DNA from: Octopus sinensis
Lineage: Eukaryota
Assembly (NCBI RefSeq): GCF_006345805.1
Contig: NC_043003.1
Span: 74,276,001 to 74,340,000 of the forward strand
Length of the DNA stretch: 64,000 nucleotides
Direction of reading: 5' to 3'
Shown here: piece by piece, positions 13,241-27,257 of the stretch
Layout of the letters: each line of letters starts with the position of its first letter
How positions within the stretch are numbered: the stretch's first letter is position 1
Program-made: the position numbers and the translations under genes
Notes under the pieces: generated by a model
Databases searched by the model: none
What the model was told of the DNA's origin: nothing
What the model saw: only the letters and a program-made list of their open reading frames with translations

Positions 13241-14844
13241 TTCAAGAAACTGAGTGTGTTTGGTGTTTGTATAAAAACTATGAAACTTAAACATTCTGAC
13301 ATTTTGCTTCAGGGGGATATTCAGCAGTATTCACGTTAATGGTAAATCAATGTCATAGAATCTGATCTTGCAATCTGAGATATTCTAAATAGAATAAACG
13401 GCGATTTTGAGTAGAGAAGCGAAGACAATGATAACAATGTAATATCTGTAAGTATACCATTGCATAAAATGCGCGCATATATATCACGTAAGCAGAGATA
13501 ATACCCACTGAAACATCGTGTTTGATATAGGATATTTCTAAGATTATGTTTAGTTGATAGCTTTATCAAAATAACTGAAACTACTTAACGTGTTTTTATC
13601 ATATTCGTTTTTAACTAATACTAGCTTTGAGCTAGCTTACGCACAATCGACGTTATTTCTGATAGGATCATATGTTGTTTTGTTCCAACAATGCTTCCAG
13701 AACGGCATGTTTTGTGCTCTTAAAGAATAGTGTTTGAGAATGGTCTGAGAAATATTTGGCAGATGCATTTCTAACTGGTCGTTCTCCGCATAGAGCCTTA
13801 CTCTTTAGTTGTATGTGAAACATACTGTCAAATAAATGTGTTTCCTCTGTTGCAAATATCTCTCCAGTTCATCCGTCAGAGGATGAACTGTAATCCTGTA
13901 CTACAGATAAATGGTACAGATATCATCCAAGTGCTCAGAAATATTACAAATAATGCGATAATGCATTTCAATTTTAGATGATACTGTTATATGTTTCTAA
14001 TGCCTCATTGTGCCTCTAACTATAACAGTTATTTCTTTTCAATTGCTAGTAATATTATATGAATGACCGTTGTATTTTATATATGTTATAAACAAAAATC
14101 TTGCTATAGAATTAATGAAGGAATTCTTGATATCTAGGAAGGGGTCAACTAGAAATCAGACGAAATAGCCTCGCAAAGGAACTGTAACTGATTCTGTTAC
14201 TTTGCAATTAAGAAACATATGGCCCTACAGTCTCAAGATAATGAACAATCCAATGCTTTGTAGGTCCCGAACCCTCATCATGAAGATAAACTGGATTCGT
14301 TAGCTTTCACAAATATTTGATTTTCAGACACATCATTAAAGTCTAACATAATCTCCAGTCAAGTTAAGATCTAATTGAATAATAAACATCTAATCAAGAC
14401 ATCAGAGACATAGAGCAACACCTAGGTTTTATATGAACCTAAATCAATGAGTTCCAAATGTTTCCAAATACATAATCAAAAGAGCGATACATGTTGTACA
14501 CACACACACACATACATACAAACTCATAATTTTGCTTATTCAAAACAGATACGCATCAATATACACACACACGCACGCATGCACACACATATTTGTACAA
14601 GTGTTTATTGAATTAGAGAGACATAAAGATGCGAGAGGGAAAAGCACACGGTATAGATTGATGTAATGGTGAACATGAAATTCGTTACTGTTTACTTGAA
14701 ATAACTCTCTAATTAAGTCATGAATCAGATATGACATATGAATCGACTTTGTAATTACGTGCTGTAAAATGAGTCGAATTTGTCCCTATTTTCACATCAA
14801 AAAGTCAAATTGGAGAATCAAAACTGATTGGGAAAACATATGAT

Positions 14845-14850
14845 GATAAT

Positions 14851-14898
<48 letters not shown>

Positions 14899-15115
14899 TA
14901 ATAATAATAACAATATCAATAACAATAATAACAACACTAATGATGATGATGATAATAATAATAATAATGATAATAATAATGATAATAATAATAATAATAA
15001 TGATAATAATTATAATAATAATAATAATAATAATGATAATAATAATAATAATAATAATAATGATAATAATAATAATAATAATAATGATAATAATAATAAT
15101 AATAATGATAATAAT

Positions 15116-15162
<47 letters not shown>

Positions 15163-15176
15163 TAATAATAATAATG

Positions 15177-15221
<45 letters not shown>

Positions 15222-15230
15222 TAATAAATA
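14845..15230. repeat. (AAT)n/(GAT)n trinucleotide microsatellite
   Basis: Direct inspection; explains the poly-I/N ORF. Confidence 0.95.
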
Positions 15231-16014
15231 ATGATGAAAAGAAAACTAATAATGCAATCATATTATTATTGATATAAGAGTAGGAACTTACACACCCACC
15301 AAACTGAAACACACGCAAGGAAATGAATAAATTGGCACATAAAGATAGAAATTATATAAGAAACATTATTTCAACGTTACATTGCATATCCGCTCATAGA
15401 AACATGTCAAAGTCACCCGTTGCTTGTATTTGAAGTATAAAGGCGAATAAAGTTATATTAAGTAACACTCAAGATAAATCCTTGATTTTTTTAATTCTTA
15501 TTTCGCTTCCTGATGAGGTGGATATATTCATTAGAGGTAAGCATTTAGTACCAGCTCTACATAAGAGAGTGTGGTAATCTTAAAATCGTCAATTCTCATA
15601 ATAGACAGGCTAATTTGAATAAGACATTCATCTTGTGGGATAACATGTAAACATGTATATATTTGTTCCAGCATCAGTAAGCGTGATCAAGTTCTTTAAC
15701 GTGAGAGGTAAGTATATTAAAAGTGCTTAAAAATGGTAGCCCACATTTATAGCTTATGTATCTTGCATAATCTAAGCCATTATCAACTGATAGAGGAAAG
15801 GCATGTGACCAGAGGGCTGTACTTAAAAAACGACGACTAATGATATATAAGCTGTATGCATACATCTGTATATATATTTAAAAATGAACATATACCTGTT
15901 ATATTTTAAATACACAAATACTCTCTCACCCGTATATATGAGTAAACAAATAAGCACACACACGTATATATATATATATATATATATATATACTTATTAT
16001 TATTATTATTATTA

Positions 16015-16051
<37 letters not shown>

Positions 16052-16072
16052 TTATTATTATTATTATTATTA

Positions 16073-16117
<45 letters not shown>

Positions 16118-16212
16118 ATTATCATCATATGTTTTGCGAATCAGTTTTGATTCTCCAATTTGACATTTTGATGTGAAAATAGGGACAAATTTTACTCATT
16201 TTATAGCACGTA

Positions 16213-16300
<88 letters not shown>

Positions 16301-16718
16301 TGTATTTATATCATATTTATATGTGAGCGTGTGTATGTGCGATATTTTCATATGACGACATGTGTACATTAATCTATGTATGTATGCATAAGACTGACTG
16401 AATCGAAAACGAAACATCATATAAATTCCCCTTGACTCGTATACAATTAGTATCTTAGAACCTGAACATTATATTGGGCAAGAACGATAAGTAATGGTCA
16501 TGGATGAAGTCTTTTTATTATTAGTCTGTTCCATTAAGCAAGAACTTAAGGGAATAAATTACCATAAAATCTTACATCGTTCTTTTTGAAATGATTAACA
16601 TGAAAGCCTTTGGACACTGAGCCGGAAAGGCACCATTTGAAATCTTTCCAGGCAATAATTGTTTTTACATTATTGCTTATATACATACCTTATTTTCAGA
16701 ATTCAATTTGTTAAGGAA

Positions 16719-17943
16719 CTAGGAGAGAAACCTAGCCTTGCTCGGGCTTAAAACATCATAGTTTTTTTTTTTGTTCTACTTGAATCCGTATTATAACCCG
16801 ATTTCATTCGGGTGTACCCGGGCCAAATTTTAAAGATGAGGAATTCAAAAACAAAAATGAAAGAAGAAAGCAAAAATTTAAACAGTCTTTGAGCAGCGAT
16901 TGTAGAAACCTCGCGGATGCAGATGTGAAGGCTAAAGAATGACGGGACAAGCTGGGAAAAAATACTACTCCTGCACAAAACTGAAATAGTATAATACGAC
17001 TGCACTTACAATGTTTTGGATACAATATGCAGTCACACCCAATCAAATTTTCCGGAATCAGTGTCGGTCGTGACGTGAACCTTTTGGTTGGAAGTTTGAC
17101 TGGGAGAAGTGGTCAGGTTGTAGAGGTAGAAGAAGGTGGAAGCAATTGGGCTAAAAACTGATAAATTTACAATGGCGGTGTTGCTCGGATTACCGCAATT
17201 GAAGTGATTTTGTGGACTGCCGACACGGGAGCATTCGACGTACAGTTGACCGTGGGTAAATACCTGTTGTGTCGGATTTAGACCAACTACTTCTAACGAC
17301 TGTGCTTGTGCCTTGTTGATGCTCATTGCAAGGCATAATTTTACAGGAAACTTCCGTCGCGTATATTCAAATAGCACGGCAGAGGGATTAAGGCTCATGG
17401 GGGATAATAACTTCGTCACGCCAGCAGAATGGTTGTCACATTTAAACTCATATTTTTTCAGGATCAGATACATACTGTTGCATAGTTCTGGTGGTTCCAT
17501 GTTTCTCAGGAGTATAACTGGAGCACCAGCCTTCAGTCAAAGGTCATGAGGTGAAAGATACGGGTGGTAGTTGGCTGTTGAAGAATTCACTAGTTGCGCA
17601 AATTTTCAACACTACCCGATCACATTTACTGACACTTTTACCTGCACAACAGCATGTGAGAAAACGTCCGCCTTTTTTACAAATATATATCTTAGAATAG
17701 CAGTGATACCCGGCCTTGCTCGGGATTAAAATGGCATAGTTTTTCATTGTTTTACTTGTTTGTTTATTGTAAACCGATTTTATTCGGGTCAACTCGGGCC
17801 ACATTATAAAAGATGAGGAATTTTGCCCTCGAGGCAACACTTTTCAGTTTTAACATAGGTGGGCATATTTTCAGCACAATCCGACCTCACATTATATGCA
17901 AACATTATATATATGCATACACACCCACATATATATATATATT

Positions 17944-17991
<48 letters not shown>

Positions 17992-17996
17992 AATAT

Positions 17997-18071
<75 letters not shown>

Positions 18072-18651
18072 ACACATGCGCACGCGCGCGCGCGCACACA
18101 TCACATATATATATATATATAAACAATAAATATCAGTTTAATTATATATGTTATCATGATTGTGCGGTGGTGGTGGGCGATATAATCCACCGCACTAAAA
18201 ATACTGTGGCGGTAATATTTAAACTTTTGCGGCTGTCTACGCATTCTCTCTATAGATACAGACAGACGTACAGAAAGAGAGGCGGTGGAAGAAAGAGTGA
18301 TCGAAAGAGGTGAAGGTGGGGATGGAAAGAGAGTGGAAGCTGCCAAACGTCGATATAGAGTCAACGAGGAGGGAAGGCAGGAAAAGAAACGATCAAGGAA
18401 GACAGGGTGATATCCGAAAGTGAGAAACGAGAAACACCTGCGAAAGTCTGGGGGTTTTTGCCCTAGTACATAAACACAGCTTTTGAGATGGGGATTTCTA
18501 ACCTAGTCTAGTCGATTCCTCGCCTCATTTTACATGTCCCTGTAAATGTTGTCACAGTCCGAGCAATCCTTCTACCATTGAACCCTACATAACCACTTAA
18601 CGAGACACGCAAACATACAACTTTCGACCATTTCACTTTTACATAGAGAGA
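16719..18651 (-). mobile_element. Helitron with PIF1 helicase fragment and two 3' termini
   Basis: Minus strand reads A|TC...hairpin-CTAG|T (TC at 18651-18650, CTAG at 16719-16722). A second internal terminal hairpin cccggccttgctcggg lies at ~17708-17723. Confidence 0.8.
17170..17640 (-). pseudogene. Helitron RepHel PIF1-type helicase C-terminal fragment
   Basis: LKAGAPVILLRNMEPPELCN ... RRKFPVKLCLAMSINKAQAQSL ... VFTHGQLYVECSRV (PIF1 motifs V/VI). Confidence 0.9.
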
Positions 18652-19500
18652 TTAAGGAATCCATCACTATCAAAAGGTAATGACATATTGGTCTTTAGAT
18701 TTTTGATCTCCTATATGTTGCCCAAGAAGTAAATAACTCTATGTCAATAGGTGACGTCGCTGACTGCTTGTTAAAAATATCGATGCCTGCTTTAAAATTC
18801 AGAACAGTTTTAACAAGCAGTTTCTTCACTTGGAGATGATTACACGATAATACAAACAAAATGGAATATGCTAGCTTCTGTGGTTCTTGAATTTCCAGTA
18901 TTGTCCATGAATGATAGAGTTTCTCGATGTCACTTATCGGACAAAATGCGTTCCTTATATTTCAAAACTTTGATATATCGTTCAACTTAATATTCTAAAC
19001 ATTAGTAAACTAAACCGAAATGTGGTGAAATATGAACCGGTCGACAAGTGATTTAGTTTGTTGAGGCATGTGAAGATCATTTCAATTTTTCATTTGATTA
19101 GTTTAAGAGAATACTGAATATGTAAGTGCATGATATGTTGATTGAGAATGATCTCAGGTTGCTCAGTTCTGACATATTTTATAGCATATTGCCCTAACCT
19201 CCGCCTAAATCATTTCTATAATGTATCTATATATCTGTTAGACTGATGATAAACTCACAACTATGACTGCAGGAAATTAAACAGCAGTAATGATAAATGA
19301 CAAGAATGTTTGTATTTGATGAACCATAAAGTTAGACAGATTTGATGATAAGCGAATACAGTATATCTATTGAACTTAGCGATTAATCAAACCTCTTATC
19401 GAGCAATTTCATCCTTCATGTAATGCAGTTGATATCATGAATATCGCTGCAAACAGTTTGCTATCGTTGATTCTCGCATAACCACGAGTGGTACCCATGT

Positions 19501-19587
<87 letters not shown>

Positions 19588-19595
19588 ATATATAT

Positions 19596-19651
<56 letters not shown>

Positions 19652-19653
<2 letters not shown>

Positions 19654-19939
19654 GATGTTACAGAAAGCCAATCCATTTGTAAAAATAATGTTATCAACTA
19701 AATTAATTTCAGTATTCTGTTATCTAATTTGTCAACCCATACAAGTTGAAATTCAACATTATAGGCTGGTGGTAGTCAAATACAAAATGAAAGCAATCGT
19801 AATTAAATATCAAAGTACATTTAACCTAACTTTCTAGACGTTAGGTATATCTCCACTTGTAGGAGGAATATATTATATCTGCAAATATTTCAGAGGACAC
19901 ACGTTGTGAACTGATTTGTAGTTAATGCTGAATACTACG

Positions 19940-19945
<6 letters not shown>
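19652..19945 (+). repeat. Local duplication, copy 1 (copy 2 at 21405-21700)
   Basis: Near-identical ~290 bp (atgatgttacagaaa...ttaatgctgaatacta); both give the same spurious ORF. Confidence 0.9.
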
Positions 19946-20001
<56 letters not shown>

Positions 20002-20076
20002 GTGTGTGTGTGTGTTGTGTGTGTGTGTGTGTATTTGTTTGTTTGTGTGTGTGAATGTACGCGTACGTATGTGCGT

Positions 20077-21392
20077 ATGTGACCTTTGTTGACCTCACCA
20101 GGGCTTTCGATACAGTCAGTCGGGAGGGACTCTGGAAGCGCATGGGAAAATGTGGTTGCCCCAGCAAATTTATTGCAATTGTCCGCCAGTTCCACAACGG
20201 AATGACAGCCAGAGTCCTTGAAGACGGCAACTCATCTGAAGTCTTCCAGGTGACCAACGGAATCAGGCAGGGCTGTGTCCTGGCCCCAACACTGTTCAGC
20301 ATCATGTTCTCGGCAATGCTGTCTGACGCCTTCAGGGTCTGCAAGTCCGGTATCGACATCAAGTACAGGACGGACGGGAAATGTTTCAACTCCAGAAGAT
20401 TGCAGTCCGTCACAAAGGTGAGGGATACAGTCGTCAGAGACTTTCTCTTTGCTGACGACTGCGCTCTTAACGCAATTGATGAGCAGGAGATGCAGCTCGG
20501 GATGGACAGGTTCTCATCAGCCTGTGACAACTTCGGTCTCACCATCAGCGTCAAGAAAACCGAAGTGATGTTTCAGCCAGCCCCCGGCAAACAATACCAT
20601 GAGCCTCAGATAAAGGTGAACGAACGGATCCTACGAGTGGTGGAAAACTTCACCTACCTGGGCAGCACTCTCTCCTGCAATGCCAACATACATGCTGAAA
20701 TCATCAACAGAATCTCCAAGGCAAGCAGCGCGTTTGGGAGACTGCAAAAGAAAGTCTGGGAGCGGAGAGGAATCAACCTCAGCACAAAGCTGAAAGCCTA
20801 CCGGGCAGTCGGGCTTACCACCCTACTATACGGCTGCGAGACGTGGACTGGTTACCGAAGGCACGAGCGCCAGATTAACCACTTCCACCTCAGGTGTCTT
20901 CGGAACCTCCTTCACATCCGCTGACAGGACAAAGTCCCAGACACGGAAGTTCTGAAGCAGGCAGATCTCCCTAGCACCATCATGATCATGCGCAAGGCCC
21001 ATCTGAGATGGGCAGGCCACGTCTCCCGCATGTCCGACACTCGCATCCCAAAACAGCTCTTCTACGGTGAACTCAGCCAGGGCAAACGCAAAGTCGGAGG
21101 GCAGAAGAAGCGCTTCAAGGACAGTCTCAAAGTCTCTCTCAAAGACTTCTCCATCGGCACTGAGACTTGGGAGACACTTGCTGCCGACCGCTCATCCTGG
21201 TGCAGCGCAATCACCACAGGAGCAAAGACAGCCGAGGAGAGACGGATTCAGTCAGCAGAACAGAAACGCCAGATGCGGAAAGCCAGAGCCACCTGCACCA
21301 ATAGCACAGCCCCTACCCACTTCTGCCCCACCTGTGGGATGTCAATGGTCAAATGATGTCAATGGTCATCTTCGAACCCGAAGGACGAACAT
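20077..21392 (+). mobile_element. 5'-truncated RTE-clade LINE (RT to C-terminal zinc finger)
   Basis: FVDLTRAFDTVSR, GIRQGCVLAPTLF, LFADDC, FTYLGS, LLYGCETW. One TGA at 20922, then LRWAGHVSRM..RIPKQLFYGEL and CPTCG. GC-rich and little decayed. Confidence 0.95.
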
Positions 21393-21739
21393 TATTATAT
21401 ATATATGATGTTACAGAAAACCAATCCATTTGTGAAAATAATGTTATCAACTAAATTAATTTCAGTATTCTGTTATCTAATTTGTCAACCCATACAAGTT
21501 GAAATTCAACATTATAGACTGGTGGTAGTCAAATACAGAATGAAAGCAATCGTAATTAAATATCAAAGTACATTTAACCTAACTTTCTAGACGTGAGGCA
21601 TATCTCCACTTGTAGTAGGAATATATTATATCTGCAAATATTTCAGAGGACACACGTTGTGAACTGCTTTGTAGTTAATGCTGAATACTATGCACACACA
21701 TATATATATATATACACATATATATATGCGAACATATGT

Positions 21740-22002
21740 AGGTGTATCTTCTGATGGAATTGGCCCTCTAGTGCAGATTAAAGGGACTATTAATGCTAAT
21801 ATCTATTTGAATTTGGTTAAACAGCATGTGATCCTATCATTACGAGCATTTCCGAATCAACCGTACATTTGAATGCAAGATAACGCCCCTTGTCATACTG
21901 CAAGGCCTGTCACTGGATTCTTTTGTGAAAAATATATCCAAGTAATGAAATGGCCGGCACAAAGTCTAGACTTAAATCCGTTTGAAAACCTTTGGAAGAT
22001 AC
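21740..22002 (+). mobile_element. Tc1 transposase DDE fragment (duplicate of 23220-23483)
   Basis: GIGPLVQIKGTINANIY...MQDNAPCHTA...WPAQSLDLNPFENLW. Confidence 0.85.
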
Positions 22003-22006
22003 TTGG

Positions 22007-22345
22007 AGTGAAGGCGCATGGCTCAGTGGTTAGAGCGTCGAGCTTACGATCGTGAGGTTGTGAGCTCGAATCCTGGACCGGACTGCGTGTTGTGTTCTTG
22101 AGCAAGGCACTTTATTTCACGTTGCTCCAGTTCACTCAGCTGTAGAAATGAGTTGCGACGTCACTGGTGCCAAGCTGTATCGACCTTTGTCTTTCCCTTG
22201 GATAACACTAGTGGCGTGGAGAGGGGAGGCTGGTATGCATGGGCGACTGCTGGCTTTCCATAAACAACCTTGCCCGGACTTGTGTCTAGGAGTGTAACTT
22301 TCTAGGTGCAATCCCATGGTCATTCATAACCGAAGGGGGTCTTTT
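22007..22345 (+). mobile_element. tRNA-derived SINE (OR-like) with CORE/V-like central domain
   Basis: gaaggcgcaTGGCTCAGTGGttagagcg...ACG...gagctcgaatcc, then gtgttcttgagcaaggcacttt...ccagttcactcagctgt. Confidence 0.85.
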
Positions 22346-22353
22346 ACACACAC

Positions 22354-22432
<79 letters not shown>

Positions 22433-23219
22433 ATGTGTACGTGTGTGTTTGTTCGTGTATGTGTGTGTGAATGTAGGCGTTCGTATGTGCGTATGTGACC
22501 ATGTGTATGTAATAAAATAACGGATAGGACTTTTTACCCTCTCAGACAAGTAACGTCTTTCAAGTAGAAGCCATCTACTCTCTTCGAGTTCTTGTTGGTG
22601 ATATCTCCATTAACAAAAGGTTGTCAATGGATGTATCACCCTTGAGAAGAGAAATGTGCACACGGCTAGAATGATAAGGAATTTATTGAATGTATAGCCC
22701 GCATTATTGATGAATCTCGCAGTGGCAAGATATCAACTGAAACGATTGGTACAAATGTCCAGTGATTGAACATCATTCGAACAGAGAGAAATATTATAAT
22801 CCATGTAATTGTTGCACGACTATAACCTAGTGACAGTGCATTAAAGAATATGATGAATTATTTTGAGTATCTGAAAATCTTTGTACAATGGGTAACTTGA
22901 AATTTGGCACATAAAATTACTCTGTTTTTATCTGCTACAGTAATTTGAAATTAATGAAAATGCGAAATTTTCCGATTGTGTAAGAAGGTTTAAAGGATGG
23001 GTGTATCTTTACTAACTAGAAACGAAAACCGGGAATTAGAATGAAGTCACATCTCTATACTGAGTTCATAAATTAGCGACCGGCAGAGATAATCATGTTG
23101 ATAGTTTTTTGTATAACAAAGGCGGCATCTTTTTTCTGAAAAGTTAATGCTGAATTTAATGCTGAATACTATGCACACACATATATATATATATACACAT
23201 ATATATATGCGAACATATG

Positions 23220-23760
23220 TAGGTGTATCTTCTGATGGAATTGGCCCTCTAGTGCAGATTAAAGGGACTATTAATGCTAATATCTATTTGAATTTGGTTA
23301 AACAGCATGTGATCCTATCATTACGAGCATTTCCGAATCAACCGTACATTTGAATGCAAGATAACGCCCCTTGTCATACTGCAAGGCCTGTCACTGGATT
23401 CTTTTGTGAACAATATATCCAAGTAATGAAATGGCCGGCACAAAGTCTAGACTTAAGTCCGTTTGAAAACCTTTGGAAGATACGTTGGAGACAAAGTAGC
23501 ACAAATGACTCGAACTACTACGCCGAATTTATGGGAGATATTAGAAGAGGAATGGAAGAAAGTAACATCTGACACGTGCAGAAACTTTGTTATGCCCTGT
23601 GGCAATCGATGTGCACATTTGATCTCCAAGAAAGATCTACAAACACCATACTAAATGTATTAAGTTCATATTTACATTTCTTTCAATCATTACTATGGTT
23701 TTGAGATAATTGAAGCAATTTTTGGTTTGATCGTTCTCTTATTTTGCCCATGAGGCATAT
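23220..23760 (+). mobile_element. Tc1 transposase 3' part with right end
   Basis: QDNAPCHTA, WPAQSLDLSPFENLW, LWEILEEEWKKV..MP..RC. Ends with a TIR-like ttctcttattttgccca. Confidence 0.85.
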
Positions 23761-23839
23761 GGACAAAACTAATTTCAGTGCTACTAACTTCTATTAAGAC
23801 CATTGTACATACTTAGATTTTTCAGAGAATTTAACTGTA

Positions 23840-24110
23840 TTTACCGAACTAATTGCGAAAATACACGTTCACTAACTTTTCCGAAATTGGATGTTGCAGG
23901 AAAGGTCTTGGCATGCGTCCTCCTGCTCTCTCGACCTCTTGGCCACTTCATTGAAAGAATCCTCCGAGAATCTCAATGCGGTTTTAGAGCTAACCTTCTT
24001 TTAGAGAAGTGCCGTGAACAACAGCGTGTTGTCTCGTTGGTCTTCAGTGGCCTCATGAAGGCTTTTGATACTAGTAGCCGCCCACTACTATGGAATGTTC
24101 TACAGAGATA
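23840..24110 (+). mobile_element. Decayed RTE reverse transcriptase fragment
   Basis: VAGKVLA...ILRESQCGFRAN..LLEKCREQQ...LMKAFDT. Confidence 0.75.
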
Positions 24111-24440
24111 AGCGTTTCAATAATTCTTTTCTTGTCTCACCTATATTTAATTTCGCGCTATTCCAGTATTTCAGGCAGTAGATCAAATTCCTGCTTTTGC
24201 AGTTCATGTCTGTATTTGCTAAAATCTGTCCAATGTTCGCCAAATTTCACTGAGCAAACATGTGCTCAAAGAATGTTTTCAATTTATCCTTTCCAGAAAC
24301 AACATGAGACAAGTGATATTGGAAGAAAAAAACCTAAAAAAAGAATGGTTTATTAAAATGTGTAAACCTCTTCTCAACGTAAATAAAAACAATAATATAA
24401 TAACCTGTTAATGATTGGAATTTAAAATATTTTAACAGAT

Positions 24441-24596
24441 TAGGTGCAGTCGTGGCTGTGTGGTAAGAAGCTTGCTTCCCAAACACATAGATCTGGGTTC
24501 AGTCCCACTACGTGGCACGTTGGGCATGTAACTTCTGCTATAACCTCGAGCCTTCCAAAGCCTTGTGAGTGGATTTGGAAGACGGAAACTGAAAAC
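24441..24596 (+). mobile_element. tRNA/CORE-type SINE, 5' part
   Basis: gtggctgtgtggtaagaagcttgcttccc...gggttcagtcccact...gccttgtgagtggatttgg; same family as 29085 and 43135. Confidence 0.85.
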
Positions 24597-25152
24597 CGTA
24601 TTAGAAAAATTGAGCTTCTTCGAGAATTCCAAGAGGTACTACAGCTTTTAAGAACTCAACTGTCAGTTAAATACATTTTTAAATCTTATGACTACTACGA
24701 ATGTATGAAGGCACTAATTGCGCTTTATGAACATTCCAAAACCTTTTCTTAATGTTAAAATAACACAATATAAGACATGAAAACTAGACCAAATTTTAAC
24801 TTTAACTTTTACAGAAACGCTAAGTTATGTGGACGTAAACACACAAGCATTGCTTGTCAAGCGGTGGTGCGGGTCTGTAACATAGCGAACATACTACTCT
24901 TAAAAATATGCCATCACAGATTAAAAGCCCAAACTTTGAATTATGTAGCTGGTTTCATTATGTAGCCAAGTCCGGGAACTACTACGAAAATTACTCGTTT
25001 GTAAGCATTCATCATTCCTACGTAATGTCTTATTCTCTCTCTTCTGTCAGTCTGTGTCTTTGCCTATCTCACTTTGTTTCTCTCTCACTTTATTATTAGC
25101 TCTCTTCTTCTCCGCCCTCTCTCTCCGCACACACACACATTTTCACATGCCT

Positions 25153-25201
<49 letters not shown>

Positions 25202-26354
25202 ATGAACGTTCATATACATATTCAAGTGTGTATATTAAAAGTTCTCATTTGGATGCTTCTATGTGTGAGCAGTGTCTTTGGCGTATGTATGTACTTCGCT
25301 CATATTGATTAAGTAATTCAATAGCTCAAATCTTAAACTTTTGGCTGCTACGGACATTTCATTAAAAAAGAATATTTCAAACATCCTCCAACACAATACT
25401 GGCTTTATTTCTCTCTATCTATGACAATAACAAGAATCGCGTATAAACAGGATTTAAATAATCGACAACTAAATAGAAATTAACTCATATTAAAAAAGAA
25501 ACTGCCACCTGTAAATACGAGGAAAAAATAACGGACAACAAGTATGGAAATGAACGTGGTTCTTAACATTGAAGGACAAAAGGGGAAATTGAAGTTGACA
25601 GGAAATTAAAGACAGTTTCTTCTTGTATGGAGAACAATAGGATCCTAAGAATATTGAAAACCAACTGTCAGACTGTGTTATTCACTGATATTTCATTAAT
25701 AGGCCGATGTCACGTTTCAGTATTTAGTGGGGAAATTAAAGCCGACTGCTAATATTACTGGCGTGAAGTGCTGAAAATTTATATGTATGTTTATGGTCGA
25801 CGTTGCTGTTGCCATCTTATCTACAACGAACATATTCTTATATTATGCATACAAAACTTATAAGTATAGTATGTTGATGCTTAACATATGTGGATAACTT
25901 TCGTTTCTTATGAAGGTCACGCTGCGATTATGACAACGAAAATATCAATATATAAATAATCTCGAAGACGAATGCATATTTATTAGTCGATATGAGCATA
26001 ATCACGTAATAGACTCAGTCAGTATGTCTCTAGAAATAATTAGGCTTATATACATAAATATTCATTTTAGGTCTGTTAAGATATAAAGATACAAATAACA
26101 ACATACATTTAAAGATAAAAGACATTCGTTGCTTCTGTGAGTAACGATAACATACCAAATATGTTGTGTAGAATATTTTATCTGCTTTATAATTTCTAAT
26201 TCTGCTGAAGTCGACATTGTATATATATTATATATATATATATATATATGTGTGTGTATGTATATAATGTATATATGTATGTGCATATATGCATGTATAT
26301 ATGTATATAGTTATATATATATTTATGTATATATATATATATATATGTGTATAC

Positions 26355-26410
<56 letters not shown>

Positions 26411-26412
26411 CT

Positions 26413-26452
<40 letters not shown>

Positions 26453-26935
26453 TATATATAATATATATATTATATATATGTATATATATAACCATAGATA
26501 TATGTATATATATGTACACTTATATGTATTCCCCTGTATTAATAATTTACGTCATATTTATAATTAACAGAAGTGTTTTACGACGCCAAATTTTAGTTTA
26601 ACGGTTAAAATATCAATTTGCAACGTTATGACATAAATATCTACTTATCAGTCCTAAAATTATTACGTAATGATTTAAATTGATAGAATTCTTGTAACAA
26701 TAAATTTGTAGTTCATTTCTAACATGGCTTTAGTATAATTTTAGTTTAGTATAATTTTAACTCCGAATCTTTAAGTTATAAATTTAAAATGATAAGTTTA
26801 ATTTTAGTTTATCATCTAAAATTTTATTTAACTGACATAAAGAAAATAAATAACGCTTTTACTTTTCATAAAACACAGTAATTTCTATCTGATTATTTAT
26901 TTATCGAAATAAATTAACCTCGAAATCTTTTTTCC

Positions 26936-27006
<71 letters not shown>

Positions 27007-27257
27007 ATAATTATCTCCCCTACACCGGGAATTTTAAATAGAGGGTAATATTTTCTTTAGTACTGGTATCTAATAATTAAGAATTATCTACCCTACATTG
27101 AAAATCATATAGATAGAGGATGCAGAGTTAACTGGTGCACACCAATAAGAAAAGTCAAGCTCCTACTTTTTTTAATACTGTTAAAACTTATCAATTATTT
27201 ATAAATGTATAGTGTAATTATAACGTCATCATTTAAGTTGTCTATTTCTATGTTATT

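Noticed and set aside
14850-15224. Poly-Ile/Asn ORF and the many YI/HT/CV ORFs elsewhere
   Set aside because: Microsatellite artefacts.
15504-15542. CTGATGA followed by a short hairpin
   Set aside because: No GAAA box; too degenerate to call a hammerhead.
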